Part shown: positions 50,895 to 62,400 of the stretch, piece by piece
How positions within the stretch are numbered: the stretch's first letter is position 1
Layout of the letters: each line of letters begins with the position of its first letter
Source of the DNA: Mobula hypostoma
Taxonomy: Eukaryota
Reading direction: 5' to 3'
DNA length: 64,000 nucleotides
Assembly (NCBI RefSeq): GCF_963921235.1
Contig: NC_086097.1
Span: 49,726,001 to 49,790,000, forward strand
Made by a program: the position numbers and the translations under genes
The notes under the pieces: generated by a model
Told to the model about the DNA's origin: nothing
Database searches by the model: none
Seen by the model: only the letters and a program-made list of their open reading frames with translations

Positions 50895-53072
50895 ACCAAG
50901 CAGAAAAAAGGCGACCTAACAGTTGTCTGGTTAGACCTTGCAAATGCCTACAGGTCTATTCCACGTGACCTCATGCTATAAGGACTCGACACTACTACAT
51001 CCCAGTGGCTATTCGAGACATGATCACCAGCTACCTAGGAGGATTCAAACTCAGATTTACATCAGCCCATTTCACAACTAGTTGGCAGGACCTCCAGAAG
51101 GCGATTCCAACAGGGGGCACCATCTCCCCCATCCTATTTATTATGGGAATGAACCTCCTATTATCAGCAGCAGAAGATGTAACCCACGGCCCGACGCTGG
51201 AGTTGGGTATTGTTCAGCCGGCTCTACGAGGGTTCATGGACGATGTCACTATAACAACTGTGTCACACGTCCGAGAAAGATGCGTATTGGAAACCCTGGG
51301 TAATGTAGCCACTTGGGCGAGGATGTCCTTCAAGACCAAGAAGTCCAGGTGCATGGTGATCAGAAAGGGTAAAGTTATAGCAAGTTTAGCCTCCAAGTTC
51401 AGGGTGAGGTCATCCCTTCCATCGAAAATAACCCGATAAAATGCTTGGGGAAGTGGTTTAATGTGTCACTGACAGATGGGGACAATGTCGCCGATGCTGT
51501 GAAGCAGACAGAGGAATGGCTGAAGAAGATCGACAAATCCAGACTTCCGGGTAAATTCAAGACCTGGCTGTACCAATACGGCATTCTGCCCAGGCTTCTC
51601 TGGCTCTTCACACTTTATGAGTTCCCCATGACTGTCGTAGAGGGCATCGAGAGGAAAACCAACAAGCACCTGCGGAGATGGTTGGGAGTTCCCTCAAGCT
51701 TCTCTTCAGCGGGCCTATACATTCGTTCTGGGCAACTGCAGCTTCCCCTGTCATCTGTTGTGGAGGAATTCAAGGTGGCAAAATGCAGAGCCTTATTAAG
51801 CTTGAGAGATTCTAATGTCGTCTTGGTAAAGCAAGCAGGCGTTACAACCAGATCTGAGCGCAAGTGGGCAGCCAACGCAGCTGTGGAGCAGGTGCTATGT
51901 TCTCTGAAGCTGCGAGATATCATCGGCAATCCTTGAGTCGGGCGGCAAGGCCTCGGCTCAGTTCACTTCCAGAAGTGGGGAAACTCAAGCATAAGGAACA
52001 GGCAAGACATGCAGAAATATGGATCCGTGAGGAAGAGAAGCAGATTTCAAAGGCAGTGGAACAAGGGTCCCAGGGTACCTGGACAAAATGGGATCTGCCT
52101 AAGCGCAAGATCTCATGGGCAGAGTTATGAAGACGGGAGCCCTTCCATATTTCCTTCCTCTTGTGATCCGTGTATGACACCCTTCCTTCACCATTACATT
52201 TGTACACATGGGGGATGAGAGAGGACCTGAACTGTAAGCTCTGTGGTCAGAAGGGGACACTGGCTCATATACTGTCCGGGTGTAAAACAGCTCTAACTCA
52301 AGGACGGTATAGGTGGCGCCATGATAAGGTGCTTCTGGCTCTTGCTGACACACTAGAGCGGGAGAGATGCAAGAAGAGGACGGCTGGCACAGATTTGAGG
52401 AAGGCCATCACCTTCATCAAAGAGGGAGCCAGGCTTTTCGTAACCAAAAAACCAAAGCCCAATCTGCTGCTAACAGCCAAGTCCTGGGAGATGAGGGTCG
52501 ATGTGGGAAGGAGGTTGCAGTTCCTGGATGTGGTGCACACAACCCTACGCCCGGACATTGTACTGTGGTCAACGGAAGACAAGAAAATAATTGTGGTTGA
52601 GTTGACTGTGCCATGGGAGGAGGGATGGGAAGAGGCCCACGAGAGAAAGGCCTTGAAGTACCAGCCCTTACTGCAGGAGTGTAAAGACAAGGGATGGCAG
52701 GCATGGTTGTTCCCTGTGGAGATTGGCTGCAGAGGTTTTCCAGCCAAATCAGCATGGCGGTTGTTGTCAGATCTGGGCCTGGACGAAAGGAGCAAAAACA
52801 AGCAGCTTGTAGGATGGGGGAAGAGGCAGTACGAGCTTCTTGTTGGATTTGGATTAGGCGAGAGGAGGAGAGCTGGAAGCCGGGAGCAGACGGGCAGTGA
52901 TTTGGCCATCACTGCCTGCCCAGCAACTGGACAGTGTCGTGGTTAAGGTTGAAACACTTGGTGAAGGTTGGGAACCATCTGATGACATCTGCTCCTGGCT
53001 GAAGGTTACGGTTACCTTATACGGTAACTGGAGAATGCACCCTAACAGGTGTATGTAACAAGTAACAAGTAA
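50895..53072 (+). mobile_element. 5'-truncated R2-superfamily (Hero/NeSL-like) non-LTR retrotransposon: RT plus restriction-like endonuclease
   Basis: VVWLDLANAY, GGTISPILF, GFMDD. CCHC knuckle CKLCGQKGTLAHILSGC, RH motif RYRWRHD, RLE LRPDIVLW..IIVVELTVPWE..K..KY. Tail (aacaagt)2. Confidence 0.9.
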
Positions 53073-53089
53073 GCTTTGAAATTCGATCT

Positions 53090-54290
53090 CAGCAATATCT
53101 TACACAACTTCACTGTAACATCCCAACACCTGTAGTCAATGCTGATTTATGAAGGCCAATGTGCCAAAAGCTCTCTTTAGGACCTATGTCCCTTGCTGCC
53201 ACTTTCCAGGAACCATGGATCTGTATTCACAGATCCCTTTGTTCTAGCACACTCCTCCGAGCTCTATCATTCACTGTGTAAATCTTATCCTAGTGTGTCC
53301 TTTCAAAATACAACACCTCACACTGTCTGCATTAAATTCTATCTGCCATTTTTAAGCCCTCTTCCCTATCTCATCGAGATCACACTGCAAGTTTTGATAG
53401 CCCTCCTCGCTGTCCATTACAACCCCCAATATTGGAATCATCTGTAAATTTTCTGATCCATTTTACCACATTAACATCTAAAACATTTATATAGATGACA
53501 AATAATGGACCCAACACTGATTCCTGCAGCACACCTCTAATCAGTCTTCCAGTCAGACAGACAATCCTCTACTACCACCCTTAGGTGTCTCCCATTAAGG
53601 CAATGTCAAATCCAACTGATTAGTTTATACTGACCGCTAAGCGATTAACCTTCTGGACCAGCCACTCGTGCAGGCCTTCGCCAAAAACCTTGCTAAAGCT
53701 CATGTAGACAATGTCCACCAACTTTTGTTCATCAAATTTCTTGGTAACCTCCTCGAAAAACTCTATAAGATTGGTTAGACAAGACCTGCTACACACAAAG
53801 TCTTGTTAACTATCCCTAATCAGGTCCTGTCTATCCAAATACATATACAGTACATCCTGTCCCTCAGGATACTTTCTTTCTTTTCAAATCTTTTTAATAT
53901 TATTGAAAACTAACAAGAGTACATTGAAGTAGGCAACACTTACAATGTCTCAAGAAAAAAGACATTGTTTTAAAGATTGAAAGAATTTTGGTGACAAAAA
54001 AAAGAGAGAAAAAACCCTACTAAGCAAGGAAAAATGAGGGGAAAAAAAAAACCCATTAGGTGTCCAACCCCAGAGCCATGCATCATACAAAAAGCTTCTA
54101 TTAGAATACTTTTCAATAATTTACCTGTGACTTGCCGGCCTATAATTTCCCATCTCATTCTTTCCTGAACAATATAATATTACTAGCTATTCTCCTCTCC
54201 TTTGGCACCTCACTCACATTTTAAATAACTCTGCCAGAGCCCCTGAATTTGTGCTCTAGCCTCCCACAAAGTCCAAGGCAACACTGTGTC
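53090..54290 (-). mobile_element. Old CR1 RT fragment with an A-rich retroposon 3' end inserted at 53876-54102
   Basis: Minus-strand RT motifs (SVLGPLLFVIYIN). The insert is flanked by aggatacttt / agaatacttt. Confidence 0.65.
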
Positions 54291-54729
54291 AGTCATCGGA
54301 GCACTGGAGAACTTCCTGACATCCCCAATCCTGGAAGATGAGTACATATTCTACTGCCACAACTGTCATTCCAACTTGAACTTACTAGAACATCATTTTG
54401 ATTTCCACTCACTTCTTCAGCTTATTAACACTGAAATATCAGCTCTGCACTCTAACATTGGCTGGTGCAACATTGGCCACACCTCCTGACCCTAACTTTT
54501 ATTATTGGTTGCTGCAAATTAGGTAATTACCCAATCAGTTATCAACTAATAATTTACTTCTACATTCCTGGTCAATGTGACTAAAGCTGCTCAGTAAATA
54601 AACTTACTGAACTTAGAAAATCATATTACTGGATGTAATTGCCCTTTCTTCATCCATCTTAACAAACTTGCTGATGGGGGCAGACAAACAACAAAGACTT
54701 TTGACAAATACTCCTTATTCCAACTCACA

Positions 54730-55035
54730 TAACATAGAACATAGAACATTGAAACTTACAGCACATTATTGGCCCTTCGGCCCACAATGTTGTGCCGACC
54801 AAGTAACCTACTCTAGAGACTGCTTATAATTTCCCTAGCACAGAGCCCTTTATTTTTCTAAGCTCCATGTACCTATCTAAGAGGCTCTTAAAAGACCCTA
54901 TCATATCTGCTTCCACCACCGCTGCCAGCAGTTCATTTAATGGATCCACCACTCTCTGTGTGGAAAACTTACTCCTGATATCCCCTTGGTTACCTATTTC
55001 CAAGCACCTTAAAACTATGTCCCCTCATGTTAGCC
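54730..55035 (-). mobile_element. CR1 3' tail fragment
   Basis: (aacatag)n tail; colinear with 15600-15880. Confidence 0.8.
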
Positions 55036-56925
55036 AGTCCAGCTGGTTCAGTCCCTTCCTACCTACATCTGTGATACTTCACACACTCTTGATCTTTTCA
55101 ATGATCTCAAGTTCCCTGGCCCTGATCAACTCGTTTTCACTATGGATGTCTAGTCCCCATACACCTCCATCCCCCATCAGGAGGGCCTCGAAGCTCTCCA
55201 CTTCTTTCTCGACAACAGACCCAAACTGTTGCCCTCCACCACCACCCTCATCCGTCTGACAGAACTGGTCCTCACTGTCAATAATTTCTCCTTTGGCTCC
55301 TCCCACTTCCTTAAAAAAAAAGGTGCAGCCATGGGCACTTGCATGGGTCCCAGCTAGGCCTGCCTTTTTGTCAGCTACGTGGTACAGTCTATGTTCCCAG
55401 CCTTCCCTAGTAATGGTCCCCGACTCATCCTACACTACACCAATGACTGCATTGGAGCTGCTTCCTGCACTCATGCTGAGCGCATCGACTTCATCAGCTT
55501 TGCCTCCAACTTCCACCCTGCCCCCACATTTACTTGGTCCATTTCTAACACCTCCCTCTCCTTTCTCAATCTCTGAAGACTGTCTACCTACTAATATCTT
55601 TTCCATCCTACTGATTCTCACAGCTACCTGGACTATACTTCTTCCCACCCTGTCACTCGAAAAATGCCACCCCCTTCTCTCAGTTCCTCTATCTCCACCA
55701 CATCTGCTTTCAGGATGAGGCTCTTCATTCCAGCACTAATGAGATGTCTTCCTTCTTCAATGGAAGGGGCTTTCCTTCCTCCACCGTCAACACTGCCCTC
55801 ACCCGCGTCTCTTCCATTTCACACACGTCTGCCCTTAACCTAACCTCCCGCCACTAGACCAGAGATAGGGTTCCTCTTGTCCTCACCTACCACCCCACCA
55901 GCCACAGCGCCCAACACATAATTCTCTGTAACTTCTGTCATCTCCAACTGGATCCCACTGCCAAGCACATCTTCCCATTTTTCCTCTCTCCCATCTTTCT
56001 GCTTTCCACAGGAATTGCTCCCTCCGCGATTCCCTTGTCTCCCCATTCACCCCCCCCCACTGATCTCCATCCTGGCACTTATCCTTGCAAGCAGAACAAG
56101 GGCCACACCTGCCCCTACACCACTCCCTCTCTACCATTCAGAGCCCCAAACATTCCTTCCAGGTGAGGTGAAACTTCACCGGTGAGTCTGTTGGGGTCAT
56201 CTCCTGTATCCATTGCTCTCAGTGTGGCCTCCTGTGTATTGTTGAGACCCAATATAGATTGGGAGACCGCTTTGCTGAGCACTTTTGCTCTGTCCACCAG
56301 GAAAAGCAGGATCTCCGTCGCCACCCATTTCAATTCCACCTCTCATTCCCATTTTGACATGTCAGTCCATGGCCTCATCTTCTGCCCTGATAAGGCCACT
56401 CTTAGGTTAGGAGAGCGACACCTTATATTCCTTCTGAGTAGCCTCCAACCCAAAGGCATGAGCATCGATTTCTTAATCTTCTGGTAACTGTCCACCCCCT
56501 GCCCCCTCCCCTTCACCATTTCCCTTTCCTGTTTTCCTCTCTCTCCTATCTCCTTACTTGCCCATCACCCCCCTCCGGTGCTCCTCCTCTGTCCCTTTCT
56601 TCTGTAATTTTCTACCCCCTCCTATCACATTCCCCTTCCTCCAGCCCTTTGTCTCTTTCACCAATCAACTTCCCAGCTCTTTACTTCATCCTTTCCCCCT
56701 CTCCCAGTTTCACCTATCACCTGCCACCTCGTGCTTCTCCTTCCCTTCCCCCACCTTCTTGCTCTGATTTCTCATTCGTTTTTCCTGTCCTAATGAAGGG
56801 ACTAAGTCCAAAACGCCGACTGTTTATTCATTTCCATGGATGCTGCCTGACCAGCTGAGTCCCTCCAGCATTTTGTGGGGTTCACCTCAGATTTCCAGCA
56901 TCTGCAGATTTTTCTCATATTTGCG
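55036..56925 (+). mobile_element. Penelope-like element (RT, Cys-rich linker, GIY-YIG endonuclease, pLTR), probably Neptune-type
   Basis: LVQSLPTYI..FTMDV, KGAAMG, GTYPCKQNKGHTCPY. Decayed GIY-YIG GVISCIHCSQCGLLCIVETQYRLGDRFAEH, then LQPKGMSIDF. Hammerhead remnant at 56785-56822. Confidence 0.88.
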
Positions 56926-57517
56926 CGCATAGGAATAATAGTGTCTTCTCCATCTGTGATTACTGATATATATTACTTCTGCATACTTTTGAATGTAGTA
57001 TAACCAGTTTGTATGACCTTACTGTGACCGAGGCCACGCTCCATTTCAGCTGACAAAATCTAACAGAAATGAGGAAGAAACACTTCTATGTATTTTTAAA
57101 CTGGTATTGTGTTCATTACTTTTAAGAATACCAGAAGGGAACTTAGTGCCTAGCGATCTATTTACTTCTGATTCTAAGAAAGCACACCATGCTTAGTTCC
57201 TCTTTTATAACTAAACAATCGCCATACTAATTTCTTAGTCTTGTGTATTTTAATATGAAGTCCCAATAGATAAACACACATTGTGTGTATATTTAGACTG
57301 TAATTTTAATTATGTATGCACTTTTCTAAGAGTATTCTGTCTTCTGATGTCGTGACAGATAATGAAATTGCATCTTTGATCAAATTTCAAATCTTTATTG
57401 AAAATAAAAATCTTCCATTTGTTTCTGGTCTTATTGGATCTAGCATCATAATTCAATAAACACACATAAAATGCTGGTGGAACGCAGCAGGCCAGGCAGC
57501 ATCTATAGGAAGAAGTA

Positions 57518-57555
57518 CAGTCGACATTTCAGGTTGAGACCTTTCGTCAGGACTA
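57518..57555 (-). ncRNA. Minimal hammerhead ribozyme motif
   Basis: Reverse complement: TAGTC-CTGACGA-A-AGGT(CTCA)ACCT-GAAA-T-GTC-GACTG. Confidence 0.75.
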
Positions 57556-57808
57556 ACGGAAAAAAGAGATAGTAAGAGATTTGAAAGTGGGAAAGTGGGA
57601 GGGGGAGGGGGAGACCTGAAATGATAGAAGACAGGAGAGGGAGGGATGAAGCCAGGAGCTGGGAAGTTGATTGGCAAAAGGGATACAAGGCTGGAGAAGG
57701 GGGAGGATCATGGGACAGAAGGCCTTGGAAGAAAGAAAGGGGAGGGCAGCACCAGAGGAAGATGGAGAACAGGCAAGAAGTTATTGTGAGAAGGAAAGAG
57801 AGAGAAAA

Positions 57809-57811
<3 letters not shown>

Positions 57812-57842
<31 letters not shown>
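57812..57842. repeat. (GA)n microsatellite
   Basis: Direct read. Confidence 0.95.
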
Positions 57843-57846
<4 letters not shown>

Positions 57847-58261
57847 ATTAATTAATAGGGATGAGGTAAGAAGGGGAAGAGGGGTATTAACGGAAGTTAG
57901 AGAAATCAATGTTCATGCCATCAGGTTGGAGGCTACCCAGATGGAATATAAGGTGTTGTTCCTCCAACCTGAGTGTGGCTTCATCTGGACAGTAGAGGCG
58001 GCTATGGATTGATATATCGGAATGGGAATGGGACGTGGAATTAAAATGTGTGGCCACTGGGAGATCCTGCTTCCTCTGGTGCTCCCCTCCCCCTTTCTTT
58101 CTTCCAAGGCCTTCCGTCCCATGATACTCCCCCTTCTTCAGCCTTATATCCCTTTTGCCAATGAACTTCTCAGCTCTTGGTTTCTTCCCTCCCCCTCCTG
58201 TCTTCTCCTATCATTTTGGGTCTCCCCCTCCCACTTTCAAATCTCGTACTCTCTTTTCTGT

Positions 58262-58299
58262 TAGTCCTGACGAAGGGGCTTGACCCGAAACGTTGACTG
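58262..58299 (+). ncRNA. Minimal hammerhead ribozyme motif, intact core
   Basis: TAGTC-CTGACGA-A-GGG(GCTTGA)CCC-GAAA-C-GTT-GACTG. Predicted cleavage after 58294. Confidence 0.8.
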
Positions 58300-59418
58300 T
58301 ACCTCTTCCTATAGATGCTGCCTGGCCTGCTGCGTTCACCAGCAATTTGTGTGTGTTGCTTGAATTTCCAGCACCTGCAGATTTTCTCATGTTTGCGATC
58401 ATAATTCAGTGATCATTATAAGAAAGTAAACAGGTTAAGCAAAGAGAAAACCGGATCTTGGATTTCTGAGAATTCTATTGCTAATTCACAAATTGTTAAT
58501 CATATACTGTATACCCAGTATAAGCATTCTGATACAAGTGGCCTCTCTCCTTCTTTTGTTGTTTTTTTCTATGATTCTGACTTTTTTGGTAAAAAATAGA
58601 TCCACATCCTTCTATTCAAAGAAGAAAAAAAGCAATCCATTCTGCTAAGGTAGCAAAATATCTTTTTCATTAAACATTACTGTATATTACAAATAATTAA
58701 AGACGTTTAACATGACATTATTACAATGATATGTTCTGCTAATACAACTATGTAACCTGCTCATGGGCTAAGATATAGACTCTTCATATTGTAAAGTGTT
58801 TTTAGTTAAAGTTCTTATGGAAGTCGGTAAGGCAGTCCAATTGACTGCCAATATGCCTTTAATGGTATTTACATTTTCTGCTACATTAGAACTGAAAAGA
58901 GAAGACTCCAAATTCTCATGCAGTACTAAACCTATAAGTAGCCGATATTGTAAGTTTGCTTTCTTTTTACCTTTCTGCAAAATGTATCATTTACAAAGCC
59001 AAGAGGGAGGATGTTGCAGCTCAGTCATTCTCAGGCATTACTAATCATTGCGAGATTGCACATATTGCTTGGAATGAGTTTCAGTATGAGTTACTTGCTA
59101 AATTCCTGCCCCAACTTTCATTTGCCATTCCCCTCCCTCTCCACTGGCAATACCCTACCCTCATGTCTATAGTAAAATGACTCAGCATTACTTACTAATT
59201 ATAAAAATCCTGCTAATCAGAATGCAACATGTAACTGTTTTTACTTGTTGCACAGCAGACAGTTAGAGAACAAGAAATGCTGCCTTGTTTTAAATGGCAT
59301 GATCATGCTCTATGGGAAAGCCTCAGAGACAACTGGAACTTTTCAAATTGTTAAGTATTATGATTGAATGTTGAACTTTGAGAAGACAATCAAAGTAAAT
59401 TTGTTATCAAAATATATA

Positions 59419-62400
59419 CAATGCCTATAAAAAGTATACACCCCCTTGGAATTGGTCATGTTTTATTGTTTTAAAAACATTGAATCACAGTGGATTTAAT
59501 TTGGCTTTTTTGACACTTATCAACAAAAAAAGACTCTTTCATGTCAAAGTGAAGACAGACCTCTACAAAGTGATCTAATTAATTACAAATTTAAACCAAA
59601 AAATAATTGATTGCATAACAATTCGCCCCCTTCAAGTCAGTATTTAGTACATGCACCTTTGGCAGCAATTACAGCCTTGAGTCTGTGTGGATAGGTTTGC
59701 ACATCTGGACACTGCAATCTTCCCCATTCTTTACAAAACTGCTCAAGCTCTGTCAGATTGCATGGGGATTGTGAGTAAATAGCTCTCTTCAAGTCCAGCC
59801 ACAAATTCTTAATTGGATTGTGGTCTGGACTATTACTTGGCCACTCAAGGACGTTAACTTTGCTATTTTTAAGCCATTCCTGGGTAGCTTTGGCTTTATG
59901 CTTGGGGTCATTGTCTTGCTGGAAAACAAATCTTCTCCCATAAGACCATAAGATATAGAAGCAGAAGTAGGCCATTCTGCCCATCGAGTCTGCTCCGCCA
60001 TTCAATCATGGGCTGATCTAATTCTTCCAGTCATCCCCACTCCCCTGCCTTCGCCTCATACTCTTTGATGCCCTGATTAATCAAGAACCTATCTATCTTT
60101 GCCTTAAATACACCCAATGACTTGGCCTCCACAGCCGCTCATGGCAACAAATTCCACAGATTTACCACCCTCTGACTAAAGTAATTTCTCCACATCTCAG
60201 TTCTAAGTGGACACCCTTCAATCTCGAAGTTGCGCCCTCTTGTCCTAGAATCCCCTACCATGGGAAATAACTTTGCTGTATCTAATCTGTTCCAGCCTTT
60301 TAACATTCGGAATGTTTCTATGAGATCCCCCTCATTCTCCTGAACTCCAGGGAATACAGCTCAAGAGCTACCAGACATTCCTCATAAGGTAACCCTTTCA
60401 TTCCGGGAATCAATCACGTGAATCTTCTCTGAAAGCTCTCTAATATCAGTATATCCTTTCTAAAACAAGGAGCCCAAAACTGCACACAATACTCCAAATG
60501 TGGTCTCACGAGTGCCTTATAGATCCTCAACATCACATCTCTGCTCTTATATTCTATACCTCTAGAAATGAGTGCCAACACTGCATTGGTCTTCTTCACC
60601 ACCGAGTCAACCTGGAGGTTAACCTTTGGGGTATCCTGCACAAGGACTCCCAAGTCCCTTTGCATCTCTGCAATTTGAATTCTCTCCCCGTCTAAATAAC
60701 GCTCTGCCTGTTTATTTCTTTCACCAAAGTGCATGACCTTACACTTTCCAACATTATATTTCATTTGCCACTTCTTTGCCCATTCCCCTAAACTATCCAA
60801 GTCTTTCTGCAGGCTCTCTGTTTCCTCAACACTCACCCCCTCCTCCACCTATCTTTGTACCATTGGCAAACTTAGCCACAAATCCATTAATCCCGTTGTC
60901 CAAATCATTGACATACATCATAAAAAGCAGCGGTCCCAACACCAACCCCTGTGAAACTCCACTGGTAACCAGCAGCCCACCAGAATAGGATCCCTTTATT
61001 CCCACTCCCTATTTTCTGCCAATCAGCCAGTGCTCCACCCATACTAGTAACTTCCCTGTAATTCCACGGGCTCTTATCTTGCTAAGCAGCTTCATGTGCA
61101 GCACCTTGTCAAAGGCCTTCTGAAAATCCAACTACACCACATCTACTACATCTCTCTCTGCTTGCAATTTCCTCAAAAATATTGTCGTAGGTTAGTTAGG
61201 CAGGATTTTCCTTTCAGGAAACCATGCTGGCTTTGGCCTATCTTGTCATGTGCCTCCAAGTATTCCGTAATCTCATCCCTAACTATCGATTCCAACGACT
61301 TCCCAACCACTGATGTTGGACTAACAGGTCTAGTTTCCTTTCTGCTGCCTCCCACCCTTCTTAAATAGCAGAGTAACTTTTGCAATTTTCCAATCAACCA
61401 GTACAATGCCAGAATCTATTGGTTCTTGAAAGATCACCATTAATGCCTCTGCAGTCGCTCTAGCTATTTCCTTCAGAACCCGAGGGTGCATTCCATCAGG
61501 TCTAGGAGATTTATCCACCTTCAGACTATTAAGCTTCCTGAGCACCTTCTCAGTCGTAGTTTTCACGGTAGAAACTTCACTTCCCTGACACTCTCGAATG
61601 TCCAGTATGCTGCAGATGTCTTCCATTGTGAAGACTAATGCAAAATATGCATTCAATTCCTCTGCCATCTCTGCGTCTCTCATTACAATGTCTCCAGTGT
61701 CATTTTCTATTGGTCCTATATCTACCCTCAACTCTCTTTTACCCTTTATATACTTAGAAAAGCTTTCAGTATCTTCTTTGATATTAGTCGCCAACTGCCC
61801 TTCATAATTCATCTTTTCCTTCCTAATGACCTTCTTAGTTTCCTTCTTCAAGTTTTTAAAAGCTTCCCAGTCCTCTAACTTCCCACTAACTTTGGCTTCC
61901 TTGTATGCCCTCTCTTTTGCTTTTACTTTGGCTGACTTCACTTGTCAGCCACAGTAGTGTCCTTCTTCCATTCGAAAATTTCTTCTTGTTTGGAATATAT
62001 CTGTCTTGCACTTCCCTCATTTTTCACAGAAACTCCAGCCATTGCTGTTCTGCTGTCCTTCCTGCTAGTGTCCCTTTCCAGTCAACCTTGGCCAGTTCCC
62101 CTTTCATGCCTTTGTAATTTCCTTTATTCCACTGAAATACCAACACATTAGATTTTATTTTTTCCCTCTCAAATTTCAATGTAAACTTGATCATATTGTG
62201 ATCACTGTTCCCTAAGGTTTCCTTAACCTTAAGCTCTCTTACCACCTTTAGATCATTGCACAACACCCAATCCCGCACAGCCAATCCTCGAGTAGCCTCA
62301 ACAGCAAGCTGTTCTAAAAAGACATCCCTTAGCATTCTACAAATTCTCTCTCTTGAGGTCCAGTATTGACATTGTATTCCCAATCCACTTTCATGTTAAA

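Larger units (their letters stand above)
57456..58397. mobile_element. Fold-back Penelope insertion (inverted pLTRs) with an 11-bp TSD
   Basis: Exact TSD atcataattca at 57445-57455 and 58398-58408. Minus arm 57456-~58069 (pLTR and GIY-YIG C-terminus); plus arm ~58070-58397. Confidence 0.9.

Noticed and set aside
58768..58895. Candidate minus-strand exon SNVAENVNTIKGIL...
   Set aside because: Good acceptor but no clear donor before the stop, and no recognisable homology.
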